Assembly (NCBI GenBank): GCA_963828465.1
Contig: CAWHEU010000004.1
Location: 1,340-65,339 of the forward strand
Length of the DNA stretch: 64,000 nucleotides
Direction: 5' to 3'
DNA from: an uncultured Acidobacteriota bacterium
GTDB taxonomy: Bacteria; Actinomycetota; Acidimicrobiia; Spongiisociales; ZC4RG35
The notes below the pieces were generated by a model. That model had not been told where the DNA came from. It did not search any database and saw only the letters and a list, made by a program, of their open reading frames with translations. Below, one piece after another: positions 1 to 9,433 of this stretch (position 1 is the first letter of the stretch; every line of letters begins with the position of its first letter). The position numbers and the translations under genes were made by a program.

Positions 1-1427
1 TCATCGGCCCAAACGCGGCGGTGGCTCGCACCCTCGGCGGGGGAAGCGCATATGTCGACGCTCCGTACACCATCTCCCCGTTGGATGGGATCCGCGACAT
101 TCTCGGGGGTTCCGCAAGCGTCATCCATGCGCCGGGCACCGTCGGTGAGACGCACATGGTGCTCGACGGGCGCCTCGGCACCGATCCCTTCACCGATGAG
201 CCCGGTGTCGCAGTGCGTCTGCTCGATGCCTCAGACAGGGAACTCGGCCGACGCCACATGAAGTCGGGCAAGGTCTTCTCATTTGGTGATTTCGGCCCGG
301 GCATCGACGGCGGATCGGTCGCCGCCATAGAGATGCTGGCTGACGTCGTCGTTCCTTTGAGCGGCGAATATGAGGTGGGCTTCGGTGGGATCGGGCGTTA
401 CTCCCTCGAGCTCGACGGCCAAAAGATCCTGGAGAAAGAGCTCAGCGCCGACCCCGACGCCGACCATCTGGAGCAGGCGCTACGCCCGGAGCAGGCGATG
501 ACAACCGTCAGCCTGGAGCTCGGGCGATCGGCGCATCTCAAGCTCAAACATGAACGGGACCCATCGTGGCCAACGGTGCTACAGCTGTACGCGGAGCCCC
601 CGGCCCCGAACTCTGTGTTCGCCCTGAAGCATGCGGTCGAGGCGGCGAAGGTCGCCGATGTGGCGGTGGTGGTCGTGGGCACGAATGATGTCGTCGAAAG
701 CGAGGGTTATGACCGAACGAGCTTGGCTCTGCCCGGGCATCAAGACGACTTAGTCCGTGCGGTGGCCGCGGTCAACGCTTCTACCGTGGTCGTAGTCAAT
801 GCGGGAGCGCCGGTCCTGATGCCGTGGGAGGACTATGTGCCGGCGGTACTCATCACCTGGTTCCCCGGCCAGGAGTACGGGAACGCGCTCGCCGACGTGC
901 TGTTCGGCAGGTCCGAGCCCGGGGGAAGGATGCCGACCACATGGTGGCGGGACCGAGACGGCTTGCCCTCGGTGCGGCCGAATGGGGGGACACTTCATTA
1001 CACCGAAAAGGCCATTGGCTACCGGCGGGGCGCCTACAGCCAGGTCCTGGTGCCATTCGGGCACGGTCTTGGATATACCGAGTGGGAATACCAAGCCATG
1101 GATGCGACCGCTGAGGACAACGGGAACGTGTCAGTAGCGGTGACGATCCGGAACATCGGAGCGCGGGAGGGGTCGGAGGTGGTCCAGATCTACGCCTCGC
1201 GTGATGCCTCGGCGATCGATCGACCTCCAACCACTCTCGCCGGATTCGGCAAGATCCGCCTCGGATCAGGCGAGACAGGGACCGCTCAGATACGGATACC
1301 ACGTCGCGCCTTCGAGCACTGGGATCAGGAAACTCGCGCGTGGATGGCGGAGCCGGGGGTCTGGACCCTGTCCGCCGGCCGCTCCGTGTCCGACCTTCGA
1401 CTCGTGACAGAGCTCGTAATCGGCTGA
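1..1427 (+). CDS. Glycoside hydrolase family 3 beta-glucosidase, C-terminal ~475 aa; the 5' end lies upstream of the window. Has a PA14-like insert.
   Basis: The reading frame is open from the window edge. Motifs seen: 'IGPNA..LGGGSAYV', 'VVVVGTNDVVESEGYDRTSLALPGHQDDLV', 'VVVNAGAPVLMPW'. C-terminal beta-sandwich region typical of BglX-type GH3 enzymes. Confidence 0.85.
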   Translation, partial: IGPNAAVARTLGGGSAYVDAPYTISPLDGIRDILGGSASVIHAPGTVGETHMVLDGRLGTDPFTDEPGVAVRLLDASDRELGRRHMKSGKVFSFGDFGPGIDGGSVAAIEMLADVVVPLSGEYEVGFGGIGRYSLELDGQKILEKELSADPDADHLEQALRPEQAMTTVSLELGRSAHLKLKHERDPSWPTVLQLYAEPPAPNSVFALKHAVEAAKVADVAVVVVGTNDVVESEGYDRTSLALPGHQDDLVRAVAAVNASTVVVVNAGAPVLMPWEDYVPAVLITWFPGQEYGNALADVLFGRSEPGGRMPTTWWRDRDGLPSVRPNGGTLHYTEKAIGYRRGAYSQVLVPFGHGLGYTEWEYQAMDATAEDNGNVSVAVTIRNIGAREGSEVVQIYASRDASAIDRPPTTLAGFGKIRLGSGETGTAQIRIPRRAFEHWDQETRAWMAEPGVWTLSAGRSVSDLRLVTELVIG

Positions 1428-1471
1428 CGACGGCGTCAAGAGCCGGGGGCCTGCAGTCTTAGACTTGCCAT

Positions 1472-2473
1472 ATGGCGCCAGGAATGCGTGAGGTAGCCGA
1501 AAAGGCCGGTGTGTCGATCGCCACCGTGTCCAACGTCCTCAATCGGCCCCAGGTCGTCACCGAAACGACCCAACAGCGGGTACGTGCGGCGATGGATGAG
1601 CTGGGTTTTGTTCGCAACGGGACGGCTCGCCAGCTTCGTGCCGGTACGTCCGAGGTCGTTTGCGTGACCGTGCCGGGCTTCACCCCTTTCTACGACGAGT
1701 TGATAAGGGGCGTGGAAGAGCGGGCAGCCGAGCACGGACTGGTCGTGTTCGCTTGTGCCACCTCGGATGACCCCATCAAAGAGGAAAGCTATCTCCGTGT
1801 TTTCATGGAGCAGCGGGTGCGAGGGATCCTCCTCACCAGGGCGTCAGAGGTGTTCCAGCAGCCAGGGCAGACGTTCCCCCGACATGTGCCGGTGATATTC
1901 GTCGACCTAGAGAGCGGATTGCTCGATCACTGCTCGAGTTCCGTTGATGATCTGCACGGCAGCGTGGATGCCGTGCGCCATCTCCACGAATTAGGACACC
2001 GACGCATAGCCTGGGTTGGCCCGCCTGACGTTCCCCAGTTGGTCAAGCGAGCCGAAGGTGTGCGCTCCGCCGCCTCTGATCTGGACATGCATGTAATCGA
2101 GATCGCCACCTCGCAGAAGACCAACGTTCAGGCCGGTCAGCTCGCCGCACTGGAACTGCACGCGACCGGCATGCCGACCGCGGTGATCTGCGGCAACGAC
2201 TCCATGGCGGTGGGGATGGAGATGCAGCTGGCAGCTCTCGGATATTCGGTACCAGAAGACGTCTCGATTGTCGGCTACGACGACATCGAGTTCGCCGCTG
2301 CGGCCGTCGTCCCGCTGACCACTGTTGCGAGACATGCCGTGGCCATCGGGTCGAGCGCCATCGACCTGCTGGTGGAGGGCTGCGGTGCTGCGGATCACAC
2401 CCATCGACAAGTGCTGCTGCCATCGGAGTTGGTGGTCCGGTCCAGCTCCGGCCCACCCCCGGCCTCCGGCTAG
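1472..2473 (+). CDS. LacI family transcriptional regulator
   Basis: N-terminal HTH 'MREVAEKAGVSIATVSNVLNRP' followed by a periplasmic-binding-protein-like sugar-binding core (333 aa). Confidence 0.9.
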   Translation: MAPGMREVAEKAGVSIATVSNVLNRPQVVTETTQQRVRAAMDELGFVRNGTARQLRAGTSEVVCVTVPGFTPFYDELIRGVEERAAEHGLVVFACATSDDPIKEESYLRVFMEQRVRGILLTRASEVFQQPGQTFPRHVPVIFVDLESGLLDHCSSSVDDLHGSVDAVRHLHELGHRRIAWVGPPDVPQLVKRAEGVRSAASDLDMHVIEIATSQKTNVQAGQLAALELHATGMPTAVICGNDSMAVGMEMQLAALGYSVPEDVSIVGYDDIEFAAAAVVPLTTVARHAVAIGSSAIDLLVEGCGAADHTHRQVLLPSELVVRSSSGPPPASG

Positions 2474-5067
2474 CCCACCCCCGAGATTCGCGGGTTCGTC
2501 ACGGAGAGCCGGTGGCTCCCCGGCCCCAGGGTCACCTCTTCGTCTGATGGGATCCCGTCGCAGACGATCTTTGACCCCTCGGTGGCCGGGGCGATGAAGC
2601 TGCCCGAAGCGCCGAAGGGCAAGACGATGTCGACTGAGAGATCGCCGCCAGTCTCGATCTGCCATTCGATCGAGCTCTGCCCCAGCGATCCGTCTATCGA
2701 GGCGTGAGCCCATTCGATTCCGGCTGGAGGCCGGGGGGCGAAGACCACATGCCGATATCCCGGCCGAGAACGATCAGGAGCGATCCCGGCCAGATGGCGG
2801 TAGATCCAATCGACGACCGCGCCATAGGCATAATGGTTGAAGCTGAGCATGTGCCCGCCGGCGCCTTCCTGGTCGTCCATGCCGGGCGGTGGCGCCATAT
2901 CTCCAGGGTGTATCGAGCCGTCAGGACGTATCGCATCCCAACGCTCCCACACCGTGGTCGCCCCCATCTCGATTTGGTACAGCCATGACGGATGTTGTCG
3001 TCTGAGCAGCATCTGATATGCCTCGTCGAAACGGTCTCCGCCTGCGAGTGCGTGTAAGACCAAGGGTGTTCCGAGGAACCCGGTGGCGACCCTTCCCTCG
3101 GATTGCCTAACCAAATCGGCCAGGGCGTCCTCGATGCGTTGCCGTTCTACTTCGGGCACGATTCCGAAGCTGAGAGCGACGGCGCACCCGGTCTGTGTCT
3201 CGATGATGTGCTCCTGCCAGCGGGCCCAGGTGGCGTCGGCCAGGGCATCGGCCAACAGGCGGTAGCGAGAGCCCGACGGCGGGTCGCCCAAGAGATCTGC
3301 CGCCTCGCCCGTCAGACGGGCGCTCCGGGAGAAGAAGGCGTTGGCAAGGAACGTCGAGTCCGCCTTCGCTTCCCAGGGCCGGTCAGAAGGGGCATCGGGA
3401 TCCAGCCAATCCCCGAACTGGAACGAAGAGACAAGCAACCGGTCGTCGTCGCGCCGATTGACCAGCGAGTCCACCCACCGTCTCATGCTGTCGAACTGGC
3501 GCCGCAGGATCTCGGCGTCGCCGTAGGACTCGTAGACCGCCCAAGGAACGAAAGTGGCGGCATCGGCCCACCCAGCCCGCCCGAATCGAGCCTCGCCACC
3601 GAGGACCACATCAGGAACCACGCTGGGCACACCAAGCACATCGTCCTGATCCAGGGCAAGATCCTCCAGCCAGCTCGCCCAGAACTGCTCGGACTCGAAG
3701 AGGCTGCAGGCCGTAGGGGCGAATGCCTGGGCGTCGCCGGTCCAGCCCAATCGCTCGTCCCGTTGCGGGCAGTCAGTGGGTACCGAGACGAAGTTTCCCC
3801 GTTGCGACCAGACCACGTTTTCGTGCAGCTTGTTGAGAGCCGGTTCCGAGCACTCGAACCAACCGCGTTTGGGGAGGGCCGAGCTGATGGCGACGATCTC
3901 GGACGAAACCAATTCTGCTTCGCTCTCGACTTCGGCGTACCTGAATCCGTGGAAGGTGAAGATCGGTTCCAGATCCACCTCTGCCTCATCGGCGAGGATG
4001 TAGACATCGGTCGCCTTGGCCGATCTCAATGAGCGGGTGTGGAGCGCGCCGTCCGACTCCAGTACCTCGGCGTGGCGCACCGTGATCTGATCGCCGCTCT
4101 TCCCCTTCACCCTGAGCCGGACGAAACCGGCCAGGTTTTGCCCACCGTCGAGAATGATCGGACTCCCTGGTTGGCTGAGGATGGTGGTCGGAAGCGTCTC
4201 CACTTCCCTTACCGGGGACACCATCCGGGCCCGGATTAGCGACCTGTCATAGGGGATGACCGCAACCGGTGCCCACCCGGCGGCGTCGAACCCGGCCCGC
4301 TCCCATCCCGCCTGCCGCGCCCTGAAGTCGATGACCGACCCGTCATAGAGGTCGGCCGAGCGGATCTCACCGGTCGATGCCAGCCATTCCTCATTGGTGA
4401 CGACGCGCATCGAGGATCCATCGGTGAGCTCGATCTCGAGCTGGGCGATGAGCCCGAGATCGGTTCCGTAGCGAGCTCTGTCGCCGCCAGTCGGGTCCCA
4501 GCCGAGCCGGCCCCGGTACCAGCCGTCACCAAGTGCGCCGGACACCACGTTGCGCCCGGAGGAGAGCAGGGCAGTGACGTCATAGGTCGCCGCAAGGAGC
4601 CGATGGTCGTAGCTGGACCATCCCGGGTTGAGAAGCTCATCGGTTATGGGTTGGCCGTTGAGCGCCACCCGGTGGACGCCGAGCGATGTCACATACAACC
4701 GGGCCTTCTCGACTGCGGCGGGAAGATCGAACTCATGACGCAGCAATGGTGACGGTGACTGCCGCTCGGATCCGGGGTCATCCGGGAGTGTGACCGCCTC
4801 GGCCGTCCAATCCGCAGCCTCGTGAAGGCCGGCTTCGACCGTCAGAACGGAACTCCACTTCCCCCACCCCGCACCTGTTTCGATTCGCACCCGATAGTGA
4901 CGGATTTCGCGACTCTCTAGCGGCTCTCCGGGTGCCAGCACCCCGCTCTGCTCATCGCCCCGCACTTCGCCGGTCGAATCGAGCACCTGCTCGAAGGCAG
5001 TCGATCCGGAGCTCTGAATCTCGTAGGCCAGTTGGCCGGAGTCTGCCGGACTTCGGATAGTCGCCAA
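2470..5067 (-). CDS. Alpha-L-rhamnosidase (GH78)
   Basis: 865-aa ORF with 'FHGFRYAEV' and 'TDCPQRDERLGWTGDAQ', which are signatures of bacterial rhamnosidases. TTG start. Confidence 0.85.
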   Translation of the reverse strand: MATIRSPADSGQLAYEIQSSGSTAFEQVLDSTGEVRGDEQSGVLAPGEPLESREIRHYRVRIETGAGWGKWSSVLTVEAGLHEAADWTAEAVTLPDDPGSERQSPSPLLRHEFDLPAAVEKARLYVTSLGVHRVALNGQPITDELLNPGWSSYDHRLLAATYDVTALLSSGRNVVSGALGDGWYRGRLGWDPTGGDRARYGTDLGLIAQLEIELTDGSSMRVVTNEEWLASTGEIRSADLYDGSVIDFRARQAGWERAGFDAAGWAPVAVIPYDRSLIRARMVSPVREVETLPTTILSQPGSPIILDGGQNLAGFVRLRVKGKSGDQITVRHAEVLESDGALHTRSLRSAKATDVYILADEAEVDLEPIFTFHGFRYAEVESEAELVSSEIVAISSALPKRGWFECSEPALNKLHENVVWSQRGNFVSVPTDCPQRDERLGWTGDAQAFAPTACSLFESEQFWASWLEDLALDQDDVLGVPSVVPDVVLGGEARFGRAGWADAATFVPWAVYESYGDAEILRRQFDSMRRWVDSLVNRRDDDRLLVSSFQFGDWLDPDAPSDRPWEAKADSTFLANAFFSRSARLTGEAADLLGDPPSGSRYRLLADALADATWARWQEHIIETQTGCAVALSFGIVPEVERQRIEDALADLVRQSEGRVATGFLGTPLVLHALAGGDRFDEAYQMLLRRQHPSWLYQIEMGATTVWERWDAIRPDGSIHPGDMAPPPGMDDQEGAGGHMLSFNHYAYGAVVDWIYRHLAGIAPDRSRPGYRHVVFAPRPPAGIEWAHASIDGSLGQSSIEWQIETGGDLSVDIVLPFGASGSFIAPATEGSKIVCDGIPSDEEVTLGPGSHRLSVTNPRISGVG

Positions 5068-5154
5068 GTGAGCCGCACAGGCTCGGGGCCGATCCCCAGG
5101 ATCCCGACGGGCAGCTGGCTCTTCAGAGTTGGCGTCTGCAATGCGACTCTCGCC

Positions 5155-5982
5155 TCAGCCCTTGACCGCGCCCGCGGCTAGCCCGGAAACGATCTTGCGG
5201 CTGAAGAGGATGAACATGATCAGAGGCGGGATGGTGATCAACACCACTTGCATGAAGAGCAGGTTCCACTGGGTCAGGAACTGGCTCTGGAAATTGAACA
5301 GCGTGAGCTGGACGGTGGCGTTCTCGTCACCGGGCAGGAAGTAGAGGGCGTAGACGAAGTCGTTGTAGATGAGGACCGCGTTCACCACGATCACGGTGAT
5401 AACCGCAGGGCGGATCAGGGGGAAGATGACCCTGAAGAAAAGGGTCATCGGTGAGGCTCCGTCGACGATGGCAGCCTCATCGATCTCGCGTGGGATCGTG
5501 CCGACGAAGGCGCGCAGGACGATGACTGCAAAGGGCATGGCAAAAGCCAGGTGGATCAAGATCAGTCCAGTCATTGTCTTGAACAGCCCGAGGGCCTGCA
5601 GGACGAAGATGGTGGGCACCACTGCCGGAGGAATGATGAGACCGGCCAGCACCAGAACGCTGACCAGGGAGCTCACCCGATCCTTCCGACGCTGATGCAC
5701 AAAAGCCACCATCGAGGACACGAAGACGATGAGCGCCACGGAGGCGATCGTGAGTATGAAGCTGTTCCTGAGTGAGGTGACGACGATGCCATCTCGTGCG
5801 GTCAACACCCCCTGCAGGTTGTCCCAGAGGTGCCACTCGGTGGGCCAGGTGAAGTCGAGCAACGCAGCTTCTGCCTGTTCTTTGCCCGCGGTGAGGACGA
5901 TGAAGGCGAAGGGGACCAGGAACACCACGGTGCCGATCGCCAACGCCACAACATCGACCCACCACCTGCGCACCAGCCTCAC
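5155..5982 (-). CDS. Carbohydrate ABC transporter permease (MalG-like)
   Basis: Six predicted TM segments and EAA loop 'EIDEAAIVDGASPMTLFFRVIFPL'. The GTG start overlaps the upstream stop as GTGA. The longer listed ORF (to 6726) is a spurious 5' extension running through the upstream gene. Confidence 0.85.
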   Translation of the reverse strand: MRLVRRWWVDVVALAIGTVVFLVPFAFIVLTAGKEQAEAALLDFTWPTEWHLWDNLQGVLTARDGIVVTSLRNSFILTIASVALIVFVSSMVAFVHQRRKDRVSSLVSVLVLAGLIIPPAVVPTIFVLQALGLFKTMTGLILIHLAFAMPFAVIVLRAFVGTIPREIDEAAIVDGASPMTLFFRVIFPLIRPAVITVIVVNAVLIYNDFVYALYFLPGDENATVQLTLFNFQSQFLTQWNLLFMQVVLITIPPLIMFILFSRKIVSGLAAGAVKG

Positions 5983-6947
5983 AGGTCGAGCTCCTTGCGG
6001 TTGAAGTACCGCATCAACGGAAAGACGATGATGCTGACGGCGATGAAGAGGATCACGTTCCCCGCAGTCGATAGCCCGTAGAACCCAGCCTGGTACTGCT
6101 TGAAGATCGCCGATGCGATCACATCCGTGGTGAACCCCGGGCCACCCCCGGTCATGGTCCAGATCAGGTCGAAGCTGCGAAGCCCGCCAATCAGGGAGAG
6201 CAGGATCACGGTGAAGGTGGCGTTGCGGCTCAAGGGAACGATGACGTGGCGGAACCGGGCCCAGGCACCACCATCGATCCGGACCGCATCCATGTACTCC
6301 TCGGGGATGGAGACGATGCCGGCGATGAAGATCACCAGGGCGATGCCGACGCCCCTCCAGACATCGACCAGAGCCACCGAGAGCAGGGCGATCTGGGGAT
6401 CGGTGAGCCATGCAGGGCCGACACCACCGAGCAATTCGATCGCCTTGTTGATCAAGCCCTCCGAGGGGTGCATCAAGATCTTGAAGGTGATGCCAACGGC
6501 GACGATGCTGACGATCACCGGAAAGAACACCATCGATCTCATGACGGTCTTGAGCCGGATCATGGAAGTGAAGAGAACGGCGAGCGATAGCCCGAGGACG
6601 ACCTTCAGGCCGCTGGTCACCACCGCATAGACCAGCGTGTTTCGCATGCTCGTGATCAGGGCGGGTCGGCTGAAGAAAAGCAGGTAGTTGTCGAGTCCGA
6701 TGAACTCCCAATCGAACAACGACCAACGAGTGAGGCTGAAGAAGAAGGCCATCCCGGTGGGGACGATGAACAAGACGGCGTAGACGATGGCGGCGGGTAG
6801 GTAGAAGGTGTGCGGGTAGGCCTTGTGGGCCAGTAAGCGCGTTTTGGGGGGTCGATGTCTCAAGCCGAGCGCCGACGGGACAGTAGCTGTCCCGTCGGCA
6901 CTCGAACTATCGACTTCGGATGTGGTTTCAGTGCGCTGGCTCACCAA
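5979..6947 (-). CDS. Carbohydrate ABC transporter permease (MalF-like); start uncertain (6947 or in-frame TTG at 6863)
   Basis: TM-rich ORF with EAA loop 'EEYMDAVRIDGGAWARFRHVIVPL'. The first ~28 codons would encode a perfect 13-bp hairpin, so a later start is plausible. Confidence 0.8.
   Translation of the reverse strand: MVSQRTETTSEVDSSSADGTATVPSALGLRHRPPKTRLLAHKAYPHTFYLPAAIVYAVLFIVPTGMAFFFSLTRWSLFDWEFIGLDNYLLFFSRPALITSMRNTLVYAVVTSGLKVVLGLSLAVLFTSMIRLKTVMRSMVFFPVIVSIVAVGITFKILMHPSEGLINKAIELLGGVGPAWLTDPQIALLSVALVDVWRGVGIALVIFIAGIVSIPEEYMDAVRIDGGAWARFRHVIVPLSRNATFTVILLSLIGGLRSFDLIWTMTGGGPGFTTDVIASAIFKQYQAGFYGLSTAGNVILFIAVSIIVFPLMRYFNRKELDL
6871..6899 (-). promoter_or_regulatory. Perfect 13-bp GC-rich hairpin (3-nt loop) between the binding-protein gene and the first permease gene
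   Basis: 'gccgacgggacag-tag-ctgtcccgtcggc' read directly from the sequence. There is no U-tract after it. Confidence 0.6.
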
Positions 6948-8317
6948 CCAGGCAGGCCAAGTTGCTGGGCCTGAGCGACGACGTCCTCGTCGTAGAGGGC
7001 CGCCGCGTCGGCAGCATTGGACAGGCCGGACCCGACCTCCACGGTGAGGAACTCCAGGTTGGGGCCCTTGATCGGCGACAGGAACTCCAGAGCCGGTGCG
7101 ACCGCCCCGGCATCGATGTACGCCTGGATGTCGAGCACGGCCGGCATGACATCGTCCGGAAGCGAAGACCCTTCGATCATGTAGGGGCCTTGAGGCGCCA
7201 CGGCCGCAGTCATCGCGTCCACGCCCTCCAGGGAGGCGACGAATGCGAGGAATTCCTTCGCCACCTCCTGCTGCTCACTGGTGGACGCGATGTAGATGCC
7301 TGCCGGCATCCAAATCGTGGTCCCATGGGTGGCAGCGTCATTGCCGGGCTGGCCGAAGAACCCGATGTCCTGTATGGCGTCGGGATTGGCCTGGTTTATG
7401 GCATCGAGGGCGAAGGTGAGCATCGGGTAGTGAGCAACTTCGCCGTTCGCCAGCAGGACGAGTCCATCGTCAAACGTCGTAGACCCGAAGTCCTCCTGAT
7501 ACCACCCCTTCTCGAAACCTTCCTGAAGGTGTTCGAAACCCGCCAGGGCCGGCTGGTCGACGTACTTCGCCTGATTGTTCGTGTACTTCTCGGCCCAGTC
7601 CGGGTCCTGGGTATGGATGTTGTAGTAGTCGGCCAACACGAACAACTGAGAAGTCCAGGTGTCGGTGTAGGTCTGGCCGATCGGGGCTATCCCAGCGGCG
7701 AGGATTGCGTCGTTGTTGGCCGCGAACTCCTCCCAGGTGGTGGGCACAGTCAGACCGAGGTCTTCGTAGATCGCCTTGTTATAGAGGACACCGCCTCCCA
7801 TGGCGGTTTGGCTGGGCACCCCGTACACGTCCCCCTCGGCAGTGACCGTGGGCAGGAACGAGTCGACGATGTTCTCGACAAAGGGCTCATCCGTGACCGG
7901 GACGATGGTCTCGGTCGGGTTGAGCGCCTGGAACAGCGACCCGGTGTTGTACCAGAAGACGTCGGTCATCTCACCGGTTGCGAGTCGAGTCTTGACGAGG
8001 TTGTCACCCTCGCCGCCACCGGGGCGAGTCTCGGTCTCAAACGTGACGTTGGGATGGGTGGCGGTGAACGCCGCTACCAACGCCTCCGCGGTAGCGATGG
8101 TGACCGGGTTGTCGTCGTACAGGAACGACAGAGTGACGGCGTCCTCAGACGGGGCCGCCGTCGTCGCCGGCGCCTCCGTGCCGGCAGGTGCTGTGGTCGA
8201 GCCACCCTCGTCGGGCGCTGCCGTTGTCGTCGCACCTCCTCCCCCTCCACCACAGGCCGCGACCACCAGTGCCATCACGGCCAGCATCAGTGGAACACGC
8301 TTGGAAAACTGTCTCAT
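6941..8317 (-). CDS. ABC transporter sugar-binding lipoprotein (family 1 solute-binding protein)
   Basis: Signal peptide plus lipobox 'LAVMALVVAACGGGGG', then a Thr/Ala-rich linker and a 458-aa solute-binding fold. It is the first gene of the transporter operon. Confidence 0.85.
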   Translation of the reverse strand: MRQFSKRVPLMLAVMALVVAACGGGGGGATTTAAPDEGGSTTAPAGTEAPATTAAPSEDAVTLSFLYDDNPVTIATAEALVAAFTATHPNVTFETETRPGGGEGDNLVKTRLATGEMTDVFWYNTGSLFQALNPTETIVPVTDEPFVENIVDSFLPTVTAEGDVYGVPSQTAMGGGVLYNKAIYEDLGLTVPTTWEEFAANNDAILAAGIAPIGQTYTDTWTSQLFVLADYYNIHTQDPDWAEKYTNNQAKYVDQPALAGFEHLQEGFEKGWYQEDFGSTTFDDGLVLLANGEVAHYPMLTFALDAINQANPDAIQDIGFFGQPGNDAATHGTTIWMPAGIYIASTSEQQEVAKEFLAFVASLEGVDAMTAAVAPQGPYMIEGSSLPDDVMPAVLDIQAYIDAGAVAPALEFLSPIKGPNLEFLTVEVGSGLSNAADAAALYDEDVVAQAQQLGLPGW

Positions 8318-8348
8318 CCATCCTCCTCGTGTGCGTCTCTCACGCCGC

Positions 8349-8373
8349 TGAAACGTTTGATTTAAACGTTTCA
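8349..8373. promoter_or_regulatory. Two adjacent LacI-type operator half-palindromes upstream of the ABC operon
   Basis: 'TGAAACGTTTGA-T-TTAAACGTTTCA'. Each 12-mer is one mismatch from the perfect palindrome TGAAACGTTTCA and fits the LacI/GalR consensus TGnAAnCGnTTnCA. The site lies 32-56 nt upstream of the 8317 start. Confidence 0.6.
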
Positions 8374-8457
8374 GACCCTCGCTGGCGAAGCGTACGTCCG
8401 GAACCGGTAGGTGTCAACAAGTGTTCGATCTTGCACCCGAGCACAACAAGCCGGGCC

Positions 8458-9318
8458 TCATTTGTCGCGTCGCCCATTCAGCCAGCTGACCATGGCCGGA
8501 TCGCGGTGGTCGAAGAACAGGGATGCGCCGGTGTCTATTGCCGCGATCCGGGTCATCTGCTCGACCGTCAGCGTGAAGTCGAAAACGTCGAGGTTCTGCT
8601 CCATGCGTTCCCGACGGACCGATTTCGGGATGACTACGACGTCGCGCTGGATGAGCCATCGGAGCACGACCTGGGCGACGGACTTGTCGTGGGCGTCACC
8701 TATCGCGGACAACGTCGGTTCGGTGAACAGGCTGTTGCGGCCCTCGGCAAACCCGCCCCAAGCCTCCATCTGAACCCCGTGCGAGCGCATGAGCTCGTGG
8801 TCAGCGTGGCGTTGGAAGAACGGGTGCGTCTCGATCTGGTTCACCATCGGCGCTATCGCGTTGTGCTCGATCAGGTCGACTAACCGATCGGGATAGAAGT
8901 TCGAGACGCCGATCGCTCGGGTGAGCCCGTCGGCGAGGAGCTGCTGCATCGCACGCCAGAAGCTGTAGTAGTCGCCGAGGGGTTGGTGGATCAGGTACAA
9001 GTCGACGTGGTCGAGGCCCAGCCGCTCGAGGGACCGTTCGAAGGCAGCATTGACGTTGGCCTCCCCCGGGTTCTGGATCCACAGCTTGGTGGTGATGAAC
9101 AGCTCGCTCCGTGGTATGCCGCTGTTGGCTACCGCCCGACCGACAGCCCCTTCGTTGTCGTATGAGGCTGCGGTGTCGATGTGCCGGTAGCCGACCTCGA
9201 GCGCGGTATCGACGGCCTGCTCGGTCTCGCCCGGGGGAATCTGAAAGACGCCGAAACCGACGATCGGCATCTCGACACCGTTGTTCAGCCTCACGTTGGG
9301 TGGACGGATGGTGGGCAC
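8458..9318 (-). CDS. Aldo/keto reductase (2,5-diketo-D-gluconate reductase-like)
   Basis: 'GFGVFQIP', '[15 protein letters not shown]' and 'LWIQNPG'; the 286-aa length is typical of the AKR family. Confidence 0.9.
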   Translation of the reverse strand: MPTIRPPNVRLNNGVEMPIVGFGVFQIPPGETEQAVDTALEVGYRHIDTAASYDNEGAVGRAVANSGIPRSELFITTKLWIQNPGEANVNAAFERSLERLGLDHVDLYLIHQPLGDYYSFWRAMQQLLADGLTRAIGVSNFYPDRLVDLIEHNAIAPMVNQIETHPFFQRHADHELMRSHGVQMEAWGGFAEGRNSLFTEPTLSAIGDAHDKSVAQVVLRWLIQRDVVVIPKSVRRERMEQNLDVFDFTLTVEQMTRIAAIDTGASLFFDHRDPAMVSWLNGRRDK

Positions 9319-9433
9319 TGGGATGCTCCTTGATCACTCGATCTGCGAACCGACTAAACCATCAGCGCGCCCGAACATGTGGCGGGAATCAGCGCACACC
9401 GTCGCCGCAGCACCCTCGGTCTTCATCCACCAA

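Noticed and set aside
3103-4032. Long antisense ORFs listed in the track. Examples: 3103-4032, 6920-8365, 12088-13140, 21613-23190, 38781-40292, 49746-50984 and 53307-54284.
   Set aside because: Each lies entirely opposite a gene with clear family motifs. Their translations are Arg/Gly/Pro/Asp-rich low-complexity strings without motifs. Such open antisense frames are expected in high-GC DNA.
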